From Macrostomum lignano (taxonomy: Eukaryota), in contig NIVC01004325.1 of the NCBI GenBank assembly GCA_002269645.1, positions 1-50,485 of the forward strand: 50,485 bases of DNA, given 5' to 3'. This document shows, in pieces, positions 35,505-48,811 of the stretch. The notes below the pieces were generated by a model that had not been told where the DNA came from, searched no databases, and worked only from the letters and a program-made list of their open reading frames with translations. How positions within the stretch are numbered: the stretch's first letter is position 1; the number at the start of each line of letters is the position of its first letter. The position numbers and the translations under genes were made by a program.

Positions 35505-35940
35505 TGAGGATTTGAGAGGCTTGCTCGGCTACTAAGAATCTGGGAGGCTGGCCCAGCAACTGAGGATCTGGCAGGCTGGACGAGCAACTGAGGATCTGGG
35601 AGGCTGGACGAGCAACTGAGGATCTGGGAGGCTGGACGAGCAACTGAGGATCTGGGAGGCTGGACGAGCAACTGAGGATCTGGGAGGCTGGCCCAGCAAC
35701 TGAGGATCTGGGAGGCTGGCCCAGCAACTGAGGATCTGGGAGGCTGGCCTAGCAACTGAGAAACTGGGAGGCTGGATCAGGAACTGAGGATCTGGGAGGC
35801 TGGCCTAGCAACTGAGGATCTGGGAGGCTGGATCAGGAACTGAGGATCTGGGAGGCTGGCCTAGCAACTGAGGATATGGGAGGCTGGATCAGCAACTGAG
35901 GATCTGGGAGGCTGGCCTAGCAACTGAGGATCTGGGAGGG
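35505..35940. repeat. 28-bp GAGGATCTGGGAGGCTGG minisatellite (third array of this family)
   Basis: Same unit and orientation as 6905-7360. Confidence 0.95.
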
Positions 35941-37029
35941 TGGTGACCTAGCGACTGTGAATCTGACAATGATAAGTCCAATATTGTCCGTCAAATTTAA
36001 TTGGACCCAGACACCAAGGCATTCACAAAAAACAAGGCAATATTCGGACCAGAATAAAGTCAAACTGAAAACTAGCGAACGAATTTGAAACAAGAAAGGC
36101 AGGCTGGGAGACAGACAAACAGACAGCTAAAAAGCGAAAAAAACGACAAATCGTTTTGAATTACTGACAGACAGATGACACAGCGCTAATGACAATCAGC
36201 TTATTTAAAAGGGTATTCGTTTGTCAAAAGAAAAAAGTGTATTAATTTTTTTCAGAATAAAAAACTTCTTAGAGATTGGTTGGTTGGCACAGTCGTGGGG
36301 AGTTCGATGGATGTTGTTGCGCGCCATCTAAAAAGGGAGGTCAGCTCTGTAGAGACGAGATCACAAATAAGTAGAAAAATAATTAAGGCTCAGCAGAAAC
36401 CATCTGTTAGCGCAGTTATAGTTATTGAAATGATAACACAAAAAAGGTTGTTGTTACTGCGAAAAAGCAACAAAAAATTAAGCAATTACAACATTGAAAT
36501 TATTTCACACAGCAATTGAACTGTACAGTTTTGATTAAATATTCTCGCACAGATTTTTAATAAGGCAGATACAGAGAGAATATCTAAATGTGCTATAACC
36601 CGGGGCATATAGAATTATTTGTTGCATTGTATTATAGACACTAGAGTACAGTCTGCAGTTTTTTTAAAGCAAATAATATCATCCACCCACTGCAAAATGG
36701 CTAAGCTAAATTATATTCCAATAACTCTTGTTGACAGAAACTATAAACCATTTCCTATTCAATAAGTTATTATCTATAAACAAAAATAAGCAATGCAAAA
36801 ACAGCCAAAGAAGCGCAAAGCAACTACGAGGCAAGAGCCAAACTAAAAAATAAGGAGAAAATGACAACACTTATAGTTTTATAATTATTTTTAGAGGCAA
36901 AAGAACTATTAACATTAGTTGGCAAATATAGCGACACATTCGTAACATTTTTGTTTTCAGATTTGAATAGTTTAAAAATATATTGCTTTTTAAATATGGC
37001 TGGTCAATAAGAATCAAGATTGGGGCAGG

Positions 37030-37265
37030 GAGTAACTATAACTGACCAATAAGAATCGAGATCTGGGCTAGGGGAGCAGCGTGGTTGGCTGGCCAATAGG
37101 AATCGATATCTGGGCTAGGGGAGCAGCGTGGTTGGCTGGCCAATAGGAATCTAGATCTGGGTTAGGGGAGAGGGGTGACTGGCTGGCCAATAGGAATCGA
37201 GATCTGGGGTAGGGGAGAGGGGTGACTGGCTGGCCAATAGGAATCGAGATCTGGGGTAGGGGGCA
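37030..37265. repeat. 47-bp tandem repeat, ~5 copies, each with GGCCAATAG
   Basis: Direct periodicity (37081, 37128...). Confidence 0.92.
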
Positions 37266-37543
37266 CGGGAACCAGATCCAGAAAAGGAACAGAGGCGGCT
37301 AACCAAATAACAGACAGACCAGCAAAAACCATTTAAAAGTAGACTTTACTGGAAGACCAGTTAGTACAATTCAAATTGCTTCAGCCGCTTAACAATGCCA
37401 AAAAATGATGACAGACTAATCGTCGACATACATACACCGCCGATGCACATAGACAAACAAAAATTGAAACTTTTAGTGTTAAAAACGTTAAAACTTCGAC
37501 CAATTTAGTCCACGCGTCTTCGCTATCCTATAACGTTGTTAAT

Positions 37544-37900
37544 CTAAGAGGCCACAGGTGGGTCCCTATCGCTGCCGCCACTACCGCCGCTGCCTCCGCT
37601 ATCACTGCCGCCGCCGCCACGACCAGGCTTTTGAGCGTCAAAACGCAGACTCCTAGGCCGCATTACAAAAAGCGCCGTAGCAACAACAATCCAGCCTAGC
37701 AGAGCCAGCCACAGACTGGGATTGCCGAACGGTGAATTACTAGCCGGATCGCCAGGCAACAGTTGCTGGCCAGGATTAGTGATGCAATCGGTATCTGTGC
37801 ACTGGGCCTGGGCGTGACGCAGCAGATTCAATAGGCGCTGCATGGCGCTCTCGTGACCATAGAGGCACTCGCATGGATCAAAACCGCCGCCTTCAGCCAT
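37544..37900 (-). CDS. SMIM14: Small integral membrane protein 14, single exon, 118 aa
   Basis: MAEGGGFDPCECLYGHESAMQRLLNLLRHAQAQCTDTDC followed by a TM helix ending LFVMRPRSLR closely follows the SMIM14/C4orf34 signature. Confidence 0.95.
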   Translation of the reverse strand: MAEGGGFDPCECLYGHESAMQRLLNLLRHAQAQCTDTDCITNPGQQLLPGDPASNSPFGNPSLWLALLGWIVVATALFVMRPRSLRFDAQKPGRGGGGSDSGGSGGSGGSDRDPPVAS

Positions 37901-38064
37901 TTTTGTGATAAAATTTGATTAAAGTTGATTTGACTGTTTAGAGGAAGATTTTAAATTTAGTTTCAGTTGTGATCAATACAGCCGGGAAGCCCTTATTGCT
38001 GAAATGGGGGGTGTATTGGATAACAAAACAGTACACATCCTTCTGTCATGAGCAGAATCTAATA

Positions 38065-38340
38065 GAATAATAAAAAATAAAAAATACTTAATTACACCTG
38101 CCCCAATTGCAAATGTGCAACAGACAGCTCAGCAGGAGCTATTGCACATCAGAATTTGAAGGCTGCATATGGCTGTTCAGTCCAAGGCCTGGGGGTCGCC
38201 ACCACAAACCCTTAATTACGAGTATCCCAGCTAATGCTGGCACCCATTTTATAGCTGGGTGAACTGAAGCAATGCAGAGTTAAGTGTCTTGCTCAAAGAC
38301 ACAAACTACTATAAGTAGGTCAAGAGTTGAATCCCTAAAC
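38065..38340 (-). mobile_element. Second copy of the CORE-like tRNA SINE
   Basis: The reverse complement matches 6520-6790 (TTGAGCAAGACACTTAACTCTGCA...ATGGGTGCCAGCATTAGCTGGG...TTGGACTGAACAGC). Confidence 0.85.
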
Positions 38341-38958
38341 TTTTGAAGCTAGGCTACAACCCATTTTAGACTACAACCCAAATGCTAAAAGTATAAACAT
38401 GAGTCTAAAATCAGGATGTGAAATTGAAAAACAATTGCCAGCTGGCATCAGTCATAAAGTTAAAAAAAAACAATCATCTTTATTTTACCCTCTATGGCTT
38501 GCCAGTATCTATCTATATGTGATTGACTTAATAAAAATGGCTCAACCAATTTTCATGAAACTTATACCATTTGATCAGAAATTTTCCTATAATAGTACAT
38601 TTTTTATAGCCACAATACAAAAAGGACAAATCCCAGGTCTGACAATAACCCAAGGATTTTGAAACCACTGAATTCCAATTCCAGGAACTATTTTTGCATA
38701 GATTCTTAAATTTGAAATTGTGCTCAAACAAAAAATTGTTAATAGTTAGCAAAAAGGCAAACAAAAAATTGGAGTAAATGCATGTTAAATTAAGATTTGA
38801 GGCCTTTGAAACTTATTTCCTCTCCTCAATCTTCTTGTCCATTTCCTCTTTTTCTTTTTTCTCATCTCTTATCCTTCCTCTCTCTTCTTCTTTTTTCTTT
38901 CCTCTCTCTACTCTATACTATTATCTCTCCTATCATCTTTCTCCATTCTACTCTTAAA

Positions 38959-39601
38959 TAGTGTTCCGCCGTAGCCATAGCTACGGCTACAGGATCCTAC
39001 GGCAAATATGGTAAAATAGGTGCCTATGGCAGTTATGGATACACCTACGGTAGCTAGCTGCTCTTATGGCTACAACTATGGAAATATGGTAGTTGCTGTC
39101 ACATTCTGTAGATTGCCGTAGCCGTAGTTATTAATGTTAAAAAAAAAAAAAAAAATTAGAAACAGGTAGAGTAAAACAAAGATACTTTCAGTAAACTGTA
39201 TTATCAACCTAGAAACTTAAAAAATATACCTAAAAAGTACAATAAAACACTAGCAAACTCTGATTTTTATTAATGTGAAAAAGTTTAGCATTAGTACTTT
39301 CAGTAACGATTAAGTACTGTTGCTCTGAAAAAAAGATGAAATATAATCTTACAAAGGCAATTGAGTGTTTCTTTTATTTTCTAATTTAATTTGCAGTTGT
39401 TTTAGCACTAGGTTATCATATTGATTCAAAATATTCTATGTTTTAGACTTTTGTTAAAAGTAGGGCTACAGCTATGGGAACTATGGGAATATGGTAATTT
39501 TGGGGTCCCCACGGCTACGGAATATGGAGAATTGGAATAAGCCATAGTTTTGCTTTTGGCTATGGCTACGGTACATGGACCCTCCTTATGGTGGAACACT
39601 A
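38959..39601 (+). mobile_element. 643-bp hAT-type MITE inserted in a CT-rich tract
   Basis: TIR TAGTGTTCCGCC / GGTGGAACACTA; TSD CTCTTAAA / CTCTTCAA (7/8). Confidence 0.85.
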
Positions 39602-40206
39602 CTCTTCAATCTTATTTCTCTTCTCTAATCTATCATCTTTCCTCTTTTCTCTTATATCCTCTTTATTCTCTCTTCTCTTATCTACTCTCTCTTTTCCTTT
39701 CTCCTCTTCTTTATGCTCTTTTGTGTCTCCTCTCTTTTCTTTTCTGATCTAGTCTATCACCTCCTCTCTCTTCTTATCTCTTCTTTTCTCTCATCTCTCT
39801 CCTTGTTTAGTTTTTTTCTACTCTTCTATCTTTTCTTTCAATGCATTTCTTGCCTTTCCTCTGTTGGTTCATATCTAATTTAAAATTAATCAACTATTCT
39901 CCTTTAAAATGAGAAAATTACTTCAAAATTACTGCTAAACTGAATCAAGTTATTGAATTGCTAATCTAGAAATGCCAGAAAAAAATGCTAGAAAAATAAT
40001 AACATTAGAAAAATATAGAAAAAATAAAGCAGGAAACGAAAAAGCCAAACCAAATGATTGACCAATTCCAATTTAATATATCTTTAAGGCTTAAAAACTT
40101 TTATAATAGACAAAATAATAAAACTGACAGATAACCAGATTTTTCATAAATATGAATAGACAAAAAGGTGGCTTCAAAATGTAACAAATGAAATCAGTAA
40201 TAAATA

Positions 40207-40505
40207 CATACATGCGCAACAGTCGGCCGAGTCGGCCGATCCAGCCAACCGATTTGGCGGCCAACCAAGAAAGTCGCAAAAATGCCCACCCGAAAAAATA
40301 ATCAAGTAGTAGTACTAAGTAGCTGACGAGGCATTTTGGCTTAATAGGACAGTCATAGTTACTTCTGCCGTTTACCCAAAGTTGCGTTAATTTTGCTTTA
40401 GGGTTTTTTTTACATGTAAGTCGCATTTTTGGCCAAAAACTACGTCGCATTTTTGTTAAAACTAAGTCGCATGGCCGACCGAATTTCAGAGGTTGCGCAT
40501 GTATG
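40207..40505 (-). mobile_element. 299-bp MITE (TIR CATACATGCGCAAC, 8-bp TSD) carrying a 28S rRNA fragment at 40314-40377
   Basis: Perfect 14-bp TIRs; perfect TSD AATAAATA; 51/64 ungapped identity to the recalled 28S segment. Confidence 0.92.
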
Positions 40506-40929
40506 AATAAATATAAGTAATAGCTTTAAAAATTTAGTTATTTCAATATAGATTAAAGATATAGGCTATTTACCTAAAGTATCTCAGGTAAGTAAGGAAA
40601 AAAAGGCCTAACACAATTGATTTAAATAGTTATATGAGAATATTTCAAAATTTATATTTCTGGTGCTGTTTTCTATTCTATAGAATTTGTTTCTAGCAAA
40701 AAATGAGAAATTTATAATTTAGGAAATAGCATTTAAAAACAAAAATTCTCTGAAGAAATGTAGAAGGGCCTATGTTTATTCCTAGAAAATTAGTATGTTT
40801 CCGCGAAATTAAATTCCCGCCAAAATAACAAGTACTGTATGATTTGTTTTAATTCGTAAATTTGTTTTACTGAATAATATTTTGTTTTAATGATGCGAAT
40901 AATTTGTTTTAGCTATTCATTTGTTTTAA

Positions 40930-41042
40930 TGTTAGATACATAAGCCAATGAAACAAGACTCTAACTAGTATAAATACAAGGCCAAAATAAAACGAAACCT
41001 CGAACTCGACCTCGACCTTTCGGGTTCCTAACTCAGTTAACA
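40930..41042 (+). mobile_element. Possible short LTR (113 bp)
   Basis: TGTTA...TAACA termini enclosing CCAAT, TATAAATA and AATAAA in order; no second LTR, PBS or TSD seen. Confidence 0.3.
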
Positions 41043-43799
41043 GGAAATTAAGATTTCTTGGTTCTTCTGAATTAGTCATTTGAAGCAGTATTGCAGACTA
41101 AGTTACCGTGTTGGATAGCAAGAGTGTTTTGCTAGTACAGTGATAGGCAGGGATTGCCAGTAAAGAGGATGGAATACCCAGTGTAAAGGGTGGAATACCC
41201 AGTAAGAAGGGTGGAATACCCAGTAAAAAGGGTGGAAATACCCAGTGAAGAAAGTAAATAGTCCAGGCTGTTGCAGCTAAGCGTGATGCAGCTCTAAGTC
41301 GTGAGAGACAGTAATAAAGGAAGCCGGAAACCCCTCGATCTGAGGTAAATGCCGTGTTTGGACTATAGAATACGAGTTTAGCAGTAGTTAGCAGTGTCTT
41401 GCCACTCGGGCACTGAAGCTACCAGGGGTAATTCGTAGCAACGATAGCCCATAAAGTATAAAAGTACATGTAAGTGTAAGAATTAAATTCTAGGAAAATA
41501 GTAAAAATCCAGTGTAGTTTAGTGCAACTAGGTAAGAAATTATAAGGCCTATAGCAACTTGGTAATATCTAGTAGAATTAGGGAAGATAGAGGTAACAGG
41601 CCTGCTACAACTTGGTGACAAAACGGTGGGATTTTGAATAGGCAGAAGGATCCCCTGCAACAACTTGGTGTCAACAGTGGGATATTTTAAATAAGTAAAA
41701 GGGCGCTGCAACAGAAATATGAGGCTACATGATATTTTAGCAAAGTAATATTTTGGCAAATCACAAAAAAATGTTTAGGCAAAGTATTGTAATATTCCAA
41801 TTAATTAAAAAAATAATATAGGCTAGACTATACAAAAGAATGATCTCTTGATTACAATATTTTTAATAACCTTTCCCATAAAATTAAGGACCTACAAAAG
41901 ACAGAATAATTTAGTCAATCTGTCTTCAAATGCAGAAACAATGCAGAATTCAAATAAATACACTGCACTATTTTTTTGGCTTGAAGCATGCAAATTTGAA
42001 CTTAGGCCTTAGTAGCTGCAGTATTGGCATATAGCTATCTATTTTGAAAATAGCCCCCATTTCAAAAGTAGCAAAAAGGAAACAAAAAGAGTTAAAATAA
42101 AAAAGGAAACAGCTCACTCTTAGGGCCTAGAAATAAAAAAGTAGGCCTAATGATAAAGACAAAGTAACAAAGCAGCAAAATTAACAAATACTATAGAAAC
42201 AAAATTGAAGAATACAATTGAAATTAAAAAAGATCTCAAAAACAGAATGTGCCAAAACATTACTAGTGGAAACGAAACTTCGCCAAAACGTCTCATAGCT
42301 AAATGTGAGACTATTTATTTACTAGGCCCTATCAGTCTATCACTTCTTGACTTTACATTACAATAAATTATATCAGGCTAGGGGCCTGACAAAGCCGGCT
42401 AAAATTACAATCTAATGAAGCAATAAAATATATAACATATAACATCTACTGCCAAAGTACAAAAGGTTCCTGGCTTGATGAAACATCACACACATTAAAT
42501 AACTTACTTCTAATGGACGATCGCAGTTTTAAGCGAAAATATAACTCAATACAGCTATTTACAAGAAACTTAACTGTTCAAATTTGTGTTTCAAACGTCA
42601 ACAAGAAAATATTCTTTATTCATAATAACTTTTAATATTTGATTAATTTATACTTAAAAAAGTAAACAATAAAGCAAATTTTAGCCTACTATCAATCATA
42701 AACTTAAAGTTGTTAGACACATATTGTTTAAGCTGTTATCAGCAACCTCAAAAAGCTGACTAAACTTGCCTATTTTCAATTTACCCGAAACAAGCTTAAA
42801 CTATAGATTGAATCGATGACGATAGCTGACATTTGTGCTCTTTCTAAAAGTTCTTGTCAAGTAAAGCAAGCTAGTGAGCTCTCAAGTTTATATTTACATT
42901 GCGCATATTGTTGCGCATTATTTACAAATGTTTAAATCAATTTCAACTTAACGCGTGCTCGCATGTAATTAACTTAACTTTATCAGCATCAGCAATAATT
43001 AATAAACTTCGCATTGGTTTAAGGAAAATATCATTTATATTAATCCTAAGTTAGTACATGTTGTTTGTACTGAAAACTTAAGAAATTAGCTAAGTTTTTT
43101 ATAGTTAAATTGAATTGTAATCACTTGGTCTAATATATTCATCTGGGACATCTGGCAATTTCTAAAATTGTGTAGATTCTTCAAGATGTAAGTTTTTATT
43201 ACATTTTGCTTGGTATTTTTGTCTTTTGAAGTTTTAAAATTTGTGATATTTATTCTTATTAGAAAGATTTTGTGTTTATATAGTAGAGTATGCACTTTGA
43301 AATTGCACATCAAAATTGAAAATTTTGAGTATAGTTTAGGTAGGGTCTCATAACTACTGATTTTCCTTTTATAAGGCTTAAGCATTATTTAATAGGCCTA
43401 AGAGAAATTACATTTTGAAACCTAAATTGTAGCTTAAAATTAGGCATAAGATACAATTTCCAAAATTTTATACCTTGTCTCTTGTAAAAATAAACCTAAT
43501 TGACAAAGGAATGTCTAGAGGAGTGTCTAGAAGATCAATCAAAGGAATGTCCATAATAGGGAGCAATAACAACTAAAGGGCAATATCTTAAACTTAAATT
43601 TTCATTGAAAAATATTTTAAAAATGATTTTTAACTCTTTGTTAAGTTGTTTTTTTGTAATTTAAAGGTTTTTAAATAGAAAGCTAAATAAACTTTAACAT
43701 GAATACATTTAATTGCTTATTTATTTTATTTAGCAGATCTCTATCAAAAAACTTTTGGTTATTTAGATTCAAAATATTTGATATATTTATTTTTGTATT

Positions 43800-44560
43800 A
43801 TTATAAGAAAAGAGAAAAAGTAAAGAAAAGAAAAGAGAGAAAAAATAATAGAAGAAAGGAAAGAGGAAAAATAAAAGAAAAGAAAAGTGAAATTGGAAAT
43901 ATGAAAGGAAAACAGATGAGAGAATAAAGAAGAGAGATGTTAGAGTAGAAAGAATAGAAAAAAGAAGAAAGACAGGCAAAAAGAGAGAAGAGAGGGGAAA
44001 GATTATAGAGATGAGAGGAAAGAGAAAAATTGTGAGAGTAGAAAAGATAGACAATGGGAGAAAGCAGTAGAGTAAGGAGAAGAAATAAAAGGGAGAATTG
44101 AGAGGACAAGAAAAAGTAAAAAGAAAGAGAAAAGAAGAAAAGAGAGAAAGTTGAGTAAAGTTGGAAAAATTGAGAGGAGAATACAGCTTAGAGATAAGAG
44201 AGAAAAGATGAGACAGGAAAAAATAGATAGAAAAAGATTGAGATAAAAAAGAGAAAGTATAGAGATAATAGGAAAAATAAGAAATGAGAGCATAGAAATA
44301 GAAAAGAGAGAAGAGAGAAGTGTTGTGAGAGGAGAATGAAGAGTGAAAAGTGGGGAGAGAAGAAAGTAAAAAGCAAAGGAAAATAAAAAGAGAAGAGAAA
44401 GTGGAGAAAAAAGAAAGTAGAGAACAAAAATTAGAAAGGTGAAAGAAGAGACAAAAGAAGAGGAGAGAGAAAACAAGAAATAGGATTAGGAAAAAAGAGA
44501 AGAGAGAGAGAGAGAAAGAGGGAGAAACAGAAAAGAAGATAAGTTTCTAAGGATCTATCA
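43800..44560. repeat. ~760-bp degenerate purine (GA-rich) tract
   Basis: Almost exclusively A/G on the plus strand; the source of spurious F/L/S-rich ORFs. Confidence 0.9.
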
Positions 44561-45097
44561 TAGAAAGAAGCAGAGACAAGAGGTCAGAGTTTGCTAATAT
44601 ATGTTTTCAAAAAACATTGCCTGATATTCTGTGCAATATCCCAGCTAATGAGATCAGTGCTTACTTAAAATATTATTTTTGGACAATTTTTTTCATTTTA
44701 TTTTTATGTCTATCTTAACTATTAACAAGTCTTTTGTTTGAATATGATTTCAGATTTTGAATACATACAGAAATTGTTCCTGGGGACCTGGGATTAGAAT
44801 TCCACAGGTTCAAAATCTGTGGGTTTCAATGGCTTGTGCTTGTACAGAAACTAGTTTGTTTCTAGAATTAAAACTCTAAAAAAGGAAAATAATGTTTCAA
44901 AATATTTCTTTGGAAACTCCAAAGTAAAAATACTAAAAGTAGGAGGCCATATAGGAACCTGTGGCCTAACAGGGAACAGGGGGGGGGGGCTTAGCCTTTC
45001 TCCCTCCCTAGGGCCCATTAGACACCATTCCCAATTGGTTCTAACTAATTTGGTAACAGAGATTGACATGCCATAGTCAAGAAGGTGTCTAGTATAC

Positions 45098-45379
45098 ACC
45101 CTGATTGCAGCGCATGGGCATTTTGGCGGACGGCGTCCGGCGCGGATCTAATACAGCGCGGCGCGGCGCGTACGACGAGCAGCGATTAGTACGGCGCGGC
45201 GCGGTACTAATTAGATGCCGAGGCATTTACGCTTGATAAGACAGTCATAGTTACTCCTGCCGTTTACCCAAAACTGCGTTAATTTTGCTTTAGGGTTTCT
45301 TTCACAGGTAAGTCATTTCACAGCGTGGCGCAGGTTGTGTAGGCGTCTGGCGTACTTAAGCCATGCGCTGCAATAGGGG
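45098..45379 (-). mobile_element. ~280-bp MITE with a different TIR (CCCTGATTGCAGCGCATGG / CCATGCGCTGCAATAGGGG) carrying a 28S rRNA fragment at 45199-45269
   Basis: Imperfect ~18-bp TIRs at a GTATAC/TATAC site; 58/71 ungapped identity to the recalled 28S segment. Confidence 0.85.
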
Positions 45380-46443
45380 TATACACTAGAGTTTTCTATC
45401 CCAAGTATGTCAAAAAATTGGAAATGTACATAAAAAATTCTATACAAAATGTGCAACCTCGGTTCTTATAATAATGGACCTTTTTTGTTGCAACAATAAA
45501 AATTCTTTTTTGCATTGCAACATTTGGTAGTTTGCATATGCAATATAACAAAATGAATATTATGTCTATTTCGCATTTATGACAACTTGCCATTGCAGAA
45601 AATTTTGATACCTTATTTCTTTAGAATAATATTATTGCATTTAATTAAGATTTTTGTATTTTGTTGGCACTCCCTTTATCTCTTAACCACAACCTTTTTT
45701 CCAAAATATACTATTTTTTACCAAAATACCAAATAAAGCTAAGTAAATTTTAGGCAAATATTTCTAATAAAGCTAGCATTTTTCTTTGCTATGGGCATTT
45801 GACATTTGATATATTAATATGCTAGGTAGTTATTCAAATACAAAACATTGTTTTTTATAATAAATGTCAATTCAATTATTAATTTAATATTCTTATAGTT
45901 ATGAAGCCCAATTTTGATAATCTGAGTTCCTCCAACTAGCTTTAGCTTTAGGTTAGTTAGAACCCTATAAGGCTTCAATTTATATGTATTAAGGATCTTC
46001 TTAGTTCAATATTCCTGTCTTAAAACTACTTGTAATTTAAACTACAGATACTAGAATACCCCTAGAGATTGACCACTATAGTTTATACTCAGCAAAACAG
46101 CTTTCTACTTTCAGTTCAATAGCAATGAAAAATACATAAGCTATTTTATATGAATAAAGGCAGCTGACTTTGATAAGTTTAGAATCATAAGCTTGCAAGT
46201 GTAAACAACTTGCCATAATGTACATAAGCCACTGACATGAACATGGTAGATTTAGGCTGGAATGACTGATAAATTAATCAAAAACTATAGATACAGATGT
46301 CTATAACACTAGAGAAATTAGAAGAGGCATTTAGAAAAAAAATTAATTGGCTGTCCCACTTACAAGTTACATATTCAACTAGTTCTATAAATCTTTATAT
46401 GCAAATCTGTTAGATTTCTGAGTTTTGCTGTTGAACCTATATC

Positions 46444-46654
46444 CATACATGCGCAACCCCCTGATCTACACTGGCCATGCAACTTACTTTTTTTACCAAA
46501 AATGCAACTTACCTGTGAAAGAAACCCTAGAGCAACATTAATACAATTTGGGAAAACGGCAGGAGTAACTATGACTCTCTTATAATTTTTGCGACTTACC
46601 CCTGGTCCACCACAATTTACGGTGGCCAGATTGGCCAGCAGTTGCGCATGTATG
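46444..46654 (+). mobile_element. 211-bp MITE (TIR CATACATGCGCAAC, 8-bp TSD) with a truncated 28S fragment at 46550-46582
   Basis: Perfect TIRs; perfect TSD CCTATATC; 31/33 match to 28S ending at CTCTCTTA. Confidence 0.92.
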
Positions 46655-46877
46655 CCTATATCTATCTCACAACTTATTTACTTTTTAAAAACAAGGTATA
46701 TATTTGTTAGCTTAGTCACTAAGGCAAAAAATAGATATTTGCCATTTAAAGAATATATTACATAAAATTGTAATTTATGAGTTTATGATTTGTCAGTTCC
46801 AATAAATATTGTAATGATCTAAGTTTAGTTTCATAGTGAAAAGTTTCAATAAGTAAGTATTAATAAGGTTGATTTTT

Positions 46878-48811
<1,934 letters not shown>

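Noticed and set aside
37022-37045. GGGGCAGGGAGTAACTATAACT resembling the 28S module
   Set aside because: It is explained as a degenerate first unit of the 47-bp repeat; there is no GGGTAAAC or AAATGCCTCG flank.
43683-44476. Hydrophobic F/L/S-rich ORFs resembling membrane proteins
   Set aside because: Translations of the pyrimidine strand of a GA-rich low-complexity tract.
45304-45315. ACTTACCTG (U1 snRNA 5' end) next to the rRNA module; also at 46507
   Set aside because: Only 9 nt, and G(C/A)ACTTAC is a repeated subterminal motif of this MITE family, so a U1 origin is not needed.
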